Of a DNA stretch of 28,880 bases, positions 22,327 through 28,880 are shown piece by piece (position 1 is the stretch's first letter; every line of letters begins with the position of its first letter). The position numbers were made by a program, and so were the translations under genes. The notes beneath the pieces are model-generated. The model worked only from the letters and a program-made list of their open reading frames with translations. It did not search any database and was not told the origin of the DNA. Origin of the DNA: Paraspadella gotoi (lineage: Eukaryota > Animalia > Chaetognatha); contig JBJCIZ010000643.1 of NCBI GenBank assembly GCA_051294375.1, forward strand, positions 1-28,880, given 5' to 3'.

Positions 22327-23060
22327 TCATGACGAGAGTTTATGTCCAACATTCCTCTCCTTCTTCCTGCAGCCGTCGTTTTGGGCGACGCTCGGTGCGA
22401 GGAGTGTCACACCAAGATGCTGCAAGTTTGGGAGAGGCATCGGGCGTCCATGCCTGTCTGAGAAGTGCCTCCGCCTGCCCGTTGGAGTAGGGACAGGGGA
22501 ATCAACCGTGCGGTTGGGGTGGCGTTGGGCGTTCCACCTCCATTTGATAAGCGAATCATAGCTTGGAGGGAGGTCGAATCGTCCTCCATCACGGTTCAGA
22601 GGGCTCGAGGGCTTTGATGTAAATTGCCTCTCTAATACCTCTAGTGAACCAGTTTTGGTCATGGACAGCACGAGACAGTCCGTCTCTCTAAACAGATGGC
22701 CAGAAGATGCGAATGCTCGGCAATAGCCGACAGAAAGTGACCACGGGCGTCACGATAGGGCTTATGTTGCGTTTTGAACCGATCTGAGAGAGATTTTCGG
22801 TCTCGCCCACGTATAGCGCTGCTGAGCAAGGTTTGGTTTCCCTCCCTGCTACAGGCTGCCCACAGTCCGCCCAGTAGACAGCTCCGGAGGTGTTCGGTCT
22901 GGGAATTTTGTCTTTCGGTTTCACCAAATGCTCACAAAGAGCCCGGGCCGTCACTGAAGTGGAGATTCCCTGCTTTGCTAGCACCCGCACCAATGGTTCA
23001 GTGATCCCTGGTGTAGGCAGACAGGTGCCCACGTTCTTGAGACGCTTCTGCTTATCTCCC
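22327..23060 (-). pseudogene. Frameshifted Penelope-like ORF 3' end (GIY-YIG endonuclease)
   Basis: LVKPKDK..SGAVYWADC..C..YVGET in one frame, DQNWFTRGIREAIYIKALEP in another reading segment, and LNRDGGRFDLPPSYDSLI after a further frameshift. Confidence 0.88.
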
Positions 23061-23882
23061 AGAGAGTTGAAACTTGTCCGACTTATATCCAATAATAAAT
23101 CGTTGTTGACCTTAAAAACTGTTTTTCCTAATTTACAAACACAACGAAAAGAAAAAATCATAACAATATTAGAGATTTAAAAAAAAAATTTTGAATTTCA
23201 TCTTCAATATTATATACTGCAATATGTAAATTAGATTAAAGCATTTCTATATACTAATTTGGATATGATAATGAGTACTATTAATCTCATTTGCATATTG
23301 CAGTAAATCATAATGAAGTGGAAATTCAAACAAAAAATACTTAAATCCAAATGTAATAAGAAAATATCAAAGCTATTTCAAGATGAGAAGCCATATCTAA
23401 AATTTTTAACTTACTATGAATGCACACTTTTGTAAAACTTTATCATAATTCATAATAATTTTTATTTAAAAAAAAACGGTAAGTCACAGCCAAACCTATA
23501 AAAGCGTAGTAGTTTTTATATAGAAAAACAGCGTGACGACGACGACGACGACTACGTCACAAAGAAGCTCACCCGAATGAATATCAAGCCGAACCGGCTT
23601 CGCCGGTCATGGCTTGATAAAAAGGGCGATCCCGTAGTTGAATTCGCTCTGGAGGCTTATGGGAAAACGGAGAGAAAAAAGAGGAAAAAATAAAGTTCGT
23701 TTCTTTACGGAAAAGAAAAGTTAAGACCGTAACAACAATGATATTAAAAACGTTTTTAAGCTTCAAGAGTTAAGGATTTCTTTTTAATTCTTAGACATTA
23801 TATGATAATCCTTTCTTTTCGTTGTAAATGATTTAGAGAAAAACAAAGTTTTATTAGTTTCAACGAATTTGTTTTTATTGGA

Positions 23883-23928
23883 AAACAGACATGTTTCGGC
23901 TTTGGTTTTCAAGCCTTCTTCAGTGTTT
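23883..23928 (-). ncRNA. Minimal type I hammerhead ribozyme (second PLE family, isolated pLTR)
   Basis: The minus strand reads aaaca-CTGAAGA-a-ggctt gaaaacca aagcc-GAAA-c at gTC-tgttt, with perfect 5-bp stems I and II and a palindromic ACATGT stem III. Confidence 0.85.
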
Positions 23929-24289
23929 AAAAAATTTAATTAAAATATTTTTTTATTGCCTTTGATAGATATTTACAAAATCACAGTTTTTATTTGTGAT
24001 AACCACGATCATTTAATAATTCGGATATGTTTTGGTTCTTGTTTTTTGATCCTTCATCAATCAGTTTTAATAGTTTTAATAAATATTTGAATACTAACTT
24101 TGAGAGATAGAGAGAGAGGCAATTTTACTCTCTCCGAATTATTAAATGACCATTGTAATCATAAATAAAAACTCTGTTACTTTGTAAATATTATTATTAT
24201 ATTTTTTATAAATTTATTAATATTTAAATATTATTTTTTGAAATGTTAAATTATTGTATACTTAAGCCGAAACTTAATTTTAAATTTAT

Positions 24290-24445
24290 CTCTAATTTAC
24301 TCTTAATTTACCCCTAACCCAAACTTACCCCTAACCTAAACTTACTTTTACCCCTAACTTACCCTTACCCCTAACTTAGCCCTAATCCCTAACTTAGCCC
24401 TAACCCCTAACTTAGCCCTAACCCCTAACTTAACCCTAACTTATT
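24290..24445 (+). repeat. Telomere-like CCCTAA-variant tandem repeat (~18-bp higher-order unit ccctaacttagccctaac)
   Basis: Many CCCTAA hexamers interspersed with CTTAG/CTTAC. Confidence 0.8.
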
Positions 24446-25209
24446 TTTAACAATATTTTATTTTTCTAGTTAACTTATACTTATTCTTAATTCATTGATC
24501 TCCAGGAATGCCCTAAAAAAGTTTCTATTGCTCTGAAAGAACTAAAAACCAAGTGACAACTTTGAGATCTGAAGATACCACGTGGATAGAATTCGATTAG
24601 AATCAATCGAAATCTATCGAAATCACGGGAACCAATCAGAATCATTTTCGATGTCAGTAAAAAAAGAACAAAAGAGCAGCTTGGATTTCATCGTAATATA
24701 AAAGATAGTTATTTCGTAACAAGCTGCATACCCATATCAATTTTTTAATTAAAAGATATCAAACTGTCAAATCCGAAAGGACTATGGTAAAAATCATTAT
24801 ACCATCGAAGATGGAATCGGAACCAAAGATGGAATCGGATCCGCGACTCGAATGAAATCCGCCTAGGATTCTCTCATTGGACGAACAACCATCGGAACGG
24901 GCCAATGAGAAGACGGGCTTCATTCCATTGGGAAAATGAACCCGTGTCGATGATCCGATTGACCTGTATAAATACTAAGGCGGGCCAGAATTTTATATTT
25001 TTAACAATATGAAAAAGTCTGCAATAAAAGTTTTTTGTCCTTTTACAACCAAATTGACTTATGATATTATATTTTGATAAAATTAATTTTCCTCATGCAT
25101 GGAAGCATTTTAATATTTAACAATATATAAAAAATATTTAAAAATTTTTAAAAAAATTTAAATTTTTAAAAATTAATTCTGATAAAGAATAAAAAGTTAG
25201 ATAAAGGTT

Positions 25210-25859
25210 TATGGTGGACGAAAATCCACCAACCGTTCATCAGCGGCCATTGGTGCCGGAGGCAAGTCATTCGCCTCCCAACCCAAAGGTCCCGTGGTCT
25301 AGCCCGGTGGTCGCCTGGCAGTTAAGAGGGACGGGGCGCTTAACTCGCCTGTAACACGGTGTTACAACCTGATCCGAAGCTCAGGGACTGCTTATATTGA
25401 ACGGTTCTGTCACTAACACATAGCAATAATTACTATCTCTTCATTGGTGAGCCCGACTTCCGAGCACAACAGCAACCACAACACTTTCAGGCGACAAGCC
25501 TCAACCTGGCGATGCACTTTCCGCCCACAATACATCAGGCAACATGCCTCAACTTGGTGACGAACTTTCCACCAACAACAACAATTCACTGAAGAGACGC
25601 AACAGACTTTTCCCTACGGGAGGGGGGGATGTATGGTGGACGAAAATCTACCAACCGTTCATCAGCGGCAATTGGTGCCGGAGGCAAGTCATTCGCCTCC
25701 CAACCCTAAGGTCCCGGGTTCTAGCCTGGTGGTCGCCTCGCAGTTAAGACGGGGCGCTTAACCCGCCTGTAACACGGTGTTACAGCCTAATCTGAAGCTC
25801 AGGGACTGCTTATATTGAACGGTTCTGTCACTAACACAGCAATAATTACTGTTTCTTCA
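25210..25859 (+). mobile_element. TRIM (terminal-repeat retrotransposon in miniature), 650 bp
   Basis: LTRs at 25210-25443 (initial TG missing) and 25630-25859, PBS TGGTGAGCCCGAC at 25445-25457, PPT GGGAGGGGGGGA at 25618-25629, TSD GGTT (25206-25209 and 25860-25863), and a 186-bp non-coding interior. Confidence 0.92.
25243..25315 (+). pseudogene. tRNA-Gly(CCC)-like sequence in the TRIM 5' LTR (second copy at 25665-25737)
   Basis: 73 nt long, with acceptor stem GCGGCCA/TGGTCGC, anticodon loop CT-CCC-AA, variable region AGGTC and a consensus T arm CCGGG-TTCTAG-CCCGG. The anticodon stem is degenerate. Confidence 0.6.
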
Positions 25860-26023
25860 GGTTAATAATATAAATTTTAAAAATTTTAATGATAAATAAA
25901 CTAAAATTTTAAAAAACCTTAAAAAATCATCATCATTATTCATGAAATAGTTTTGGTTAATTTTTTATAAACAAATTATTAAAATTTTAAAAATTTCAGA
26001 ATCCGTTAAAAAAAAAAACATTA

Positions 26024-26421
26024 TATGAAATTGGTACAACCAATATAAAAATTATCCATTCATTTAATAAATAAGCTATCTTGCCCCTGACTTTGGACAG
26101 GCTTTGGTGGTTTAAGGCCTCCATCACTCTTACAAGATAATGACATAGCAGGTCCCTGCAAGCTTTCAATCAAGACTCTCGCACAGTCTCGTTTATTTAC
26201 TCCCAGAGTACCTGGCTTCCCTATCAATGAAGTGGTATAATATTTCAAAGAATGTTTCAATTGTATGAAAAGACCACTCCCTTAAGTATTAGATCGGGGA
26301 ATACTTATTGTACTCCGCACTAGCATCAAAATACAAGGAGCTGAATTTTATGAAATTGGTACAACCAATATAAAAATTATCCATTCATTTAATAAATAAG
26401 CTATCTTGCCCCTGACTTTGG
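26024..26421. repeat. 325-bp unit with a 73-bp identical direct repeat at each end
   Basis: 26024-26096 equals 26349-26421. A ~115-bp near-identical copy of the start lies at ~19668-19782. Confidence 0.8.
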
Positions 26422-27160
26422 TAATTTGGTAGTATTTGGATAATATAAAATAGCTTCTATGCGTTTAACAATACGATAAATCTTAAATTTTTTTTAAATT
26501 TTTACGATCTTTAATAAACACATTAATAATATTTATACCGGACTTCTGTTGGTTTGTAACCTGTCCCGCCTTAATAATAATAATAGATTAATTAATTAAT
26601 TAATTTTAATAATTAATTTTATAATTTACTTATTCAGCTTGTCATCATCCGATGTCCTTAAAATTGAGTCCAGGACAGCTTATTAAATGTTTGTTAACAT
26701 TTTATGCAAAACAAACCAAATATCCTTCTATTATCTGAGCCAGGGCCGGCAAAGCCCCGTACCTGGCTAGATTTTGATTCGGTTTAAGCTTTGGTCACGC
26801 TTTTTTGCCAATCATGGCTTCTGAAAGTGTGATATCTAGGGAGTTGAAATTTCATATATGGCTTCTAATCATCAAGATCTTTAAAATTCTCATGTTTCCA
26901 TATCAATATTCGTATTTGTTTGTTTTATTTACAAAACAAAAACGTTTTAATTATATGTCGCTCTCTCTCTCTTCTTTCTTTTAAATTATGTCGCCCTCTC
27001 TCTCTCTTTTTCTCCGCTCACTGCTTCTTCTTTGATTTTGTCTAAAAACGAGTTCCTCGCGCCTCTGCAGCGTCTGTCCAGCTTCTTTCTCTCTCTCTCT
27101 TTTTTTTTTTTTTTTTTTTTACAAAAAATTTTTTTAGATATAATTGCGGCTCACTACATG

Positions 27161-27245
27161 AAAAAAACGATGCCGCGAACAGGGTTTGAACCCGGGTCCT
27201 CTTGTGGTAGAGAAGAGCTCACGCAACCAGGCAGGCCGCATAGCC
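27161..27245 (-). pseudogene. Degenerate tRNA-derived sequence (SINE head or tRNA pseudogene)
   Basis: The minus strand has B box GGTTCAAACCC, a tRNA-like 3' end gttcgcggca, then a T7 run. The 5' half pairs poorly. Confidence 0.55.
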
Positions 27246-28880
27246 TTATGCTGCATCTTTAATGCAGCAAAGCGGGCTGCTAAGTAGGACACATTTTTTT
27301 CCGCGGAAAATGCGTCACAGAGTCTTCAAAAAGTGTTGTTCATTCTGCTTTCCGTCATCATTAAACGTTCTTTAACGAAAAAATATCTTGCAAAGCACTT
27401 TTTTCAGAACATCTCGCTTCTCCCCAGGGGCCGTCAACAGCTGCCCACGTAGCAGGTCAAATTTTATAGATTTTTTGACACATTTTCTATATTTTCATTC
27501 GTGCATAATAGCCCAATTTTGAATCATTTTTTAAATGATATTTATTGATTTATTAGACTTTATCCAATAAAAAATCCTTTCTAAGAATTTATATTTGCTT
27601 TAATTCAAGATCATAAACCGGAAATAATTTCCGCAGACGGAAGGACAAGGTGACTCTGGTAAAACCGCTTTTATTTTGCCATAAAAAATTAACTTTAAGA
27701 AAGTTTGACAAAAAAAAACAAAAGAAAGCTAGTCAATATTGTAATTTTATTTTATTTACAACTATACTTATATATCTAATAATTCAATTTTTTTACATGC
27801 GTTTTTTTTTCTAAACAAGATGACCACACTGAACCGCCGCCTAAAAAATATAATTGTCATTTGTAAACCAGTCCTAACGATTTTTAATCAGAAATACTTT
27901 TTTTTCTTTTTTAAAACCAAAATCATTTAAATAATCCAAATCTTCATACTTGATTAGGTTATGATTTAACTTGGCTATGCGGCCAAAGAAAACATTGCGT
28001 TAACAATTGATACGTTCATTCTTAAAAACTTAATTTCCAAGTCAAATCAAAAACCAAATCAACTACTAAAATTTAGATATCATAAATTTGTGGCCTGCGT
28101 CGCCTTCTCCTCGATCTCGTCGGGCCGCTGACCGTGAGGGAGATAAACGCGGCTTGATCGTCTGACGCGCCATTCTGGATTTGTATATCGGCGTTTCACT
28201 TTGCCTGCGTTTTCTCGACGGAAAAAGTAACGCGCACGACGAAATGATGAAGACGCAAGAATAAACGTGAACTCGGCAAATATCCTGATTATATTTAAAT
28301 GTACCTTAGTCAGAGGGGCAGTTGCATCCGACTGCTTTGTACGGTTTTTAAGACTGACAGTTTGTTTATTAATTTACTGGCCTTTTTTTATGACATTTAT
28401 GGCGACCTTAATTATAAGGACTTAATTATGAACTGTTTTAACCTCGAATTTAGTAATATAATAGCTGTCATTCAAGCATGGATTCAGATCTTTCAAACGC
28501 TTCACACACAGTTGATCACACATATTATATACTTTAATTATAAAACACCTTTTTATTCGCATTTTGAAATTCTCAAATCATGAGTAGTCAGATCCCGCCG
28601 TCGATTTTTATCTGGCTCCCTAAATTATGCCAAATTAGCCTTACCGATCGAATTTGTCATGATACAAACGATGACGCTCTTTATTTCGCGTACATTTTAA
28701 ACGTTTTATTATTTGTAATATAATAAATTAATTGAATATTATAGTCTTTTATGAATATATCATTTTAATTAAATATAATATAAATAATTTATAGTATTGT
28801 TCATATCTATATACCAATTAAGACACAAATTAGCCAATTAAATGCAGATCTTTGAGATGCCCTTATCTTCTCTTTCTTTT

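Larger units (their letters stand above)
21586..23166 (-). mobile_element. 5'-truncated Penelope-like retroelement with inverted partial pseudo-LTR
   Basis: Contains a GIY-YIG remnant, ~70-bp inverted repeats (21586-21655 and 23063-23132), a ~35-nt extension at 23132-23166, and a flanking direct repeat tattagagat(tta) at 21576 and 23167. Confidence 0.85.
24976..26573. mobile_element. Probable MITE with TAAGGCGGG(C/A)CAG TIRs hosting the TRIM
   Basis: taaggcgggccag / ctgtcccgcctta (12/13 match). The flanks ataaatac and ataataat are not a clean TSD, so the pairing of the two ends is uncertain. Confidence 0.5.

Noticed and set aside
27161-27245. Functional tRNA gene
   Set aside because: The acceptor, D and anticodon arms do not pair properly, so it is kept only as a tRNA-derived relic.

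Overview
AT-rich eukaryotic (animal-like) DNA dominated by nested transposable elements around two host gene pieces on the minus strand: the last five coding exons of a PI-PLC X-domain (PLCXD-like) gene (19045-17972) and, about 340 bp downstream, coding exon 1 of pyridoxal kinase (PDXK, 17629-17507). I could not find PDXK exon 2, so positions 1-17506 are probably one very large intron. The largest feature is an intact, very young CsRn1-clade Ty3/Gypsy retrotransposon (8897-15279, minus) with 586-bp LTRs that look identical by eye, a TGCT TSD, a tRNA-Trp-like PBS, a PPT, gag and pol joined by a GGGAAAC slippery site plus pseudoknot, and an atypical DGG protease motif. It sits in a Helentron/DINE-1-like element next to a non-autonomous hAT element that contains a solo LTR. 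Further right are a 5'-truncated Penelope-like element with an inverted partial pLTR, two complete minimal hammerhead ribozyme motifs (plus two half motifs elsewhere), and a 650-bp TRIM whose LTRs each contain a 73-nt tRNA-Gly-like cloverleaf and whose PBS, PPT and TSD resemble those of the Gypsy element. All coordinates and alignments were made by eye; no database searches were run.
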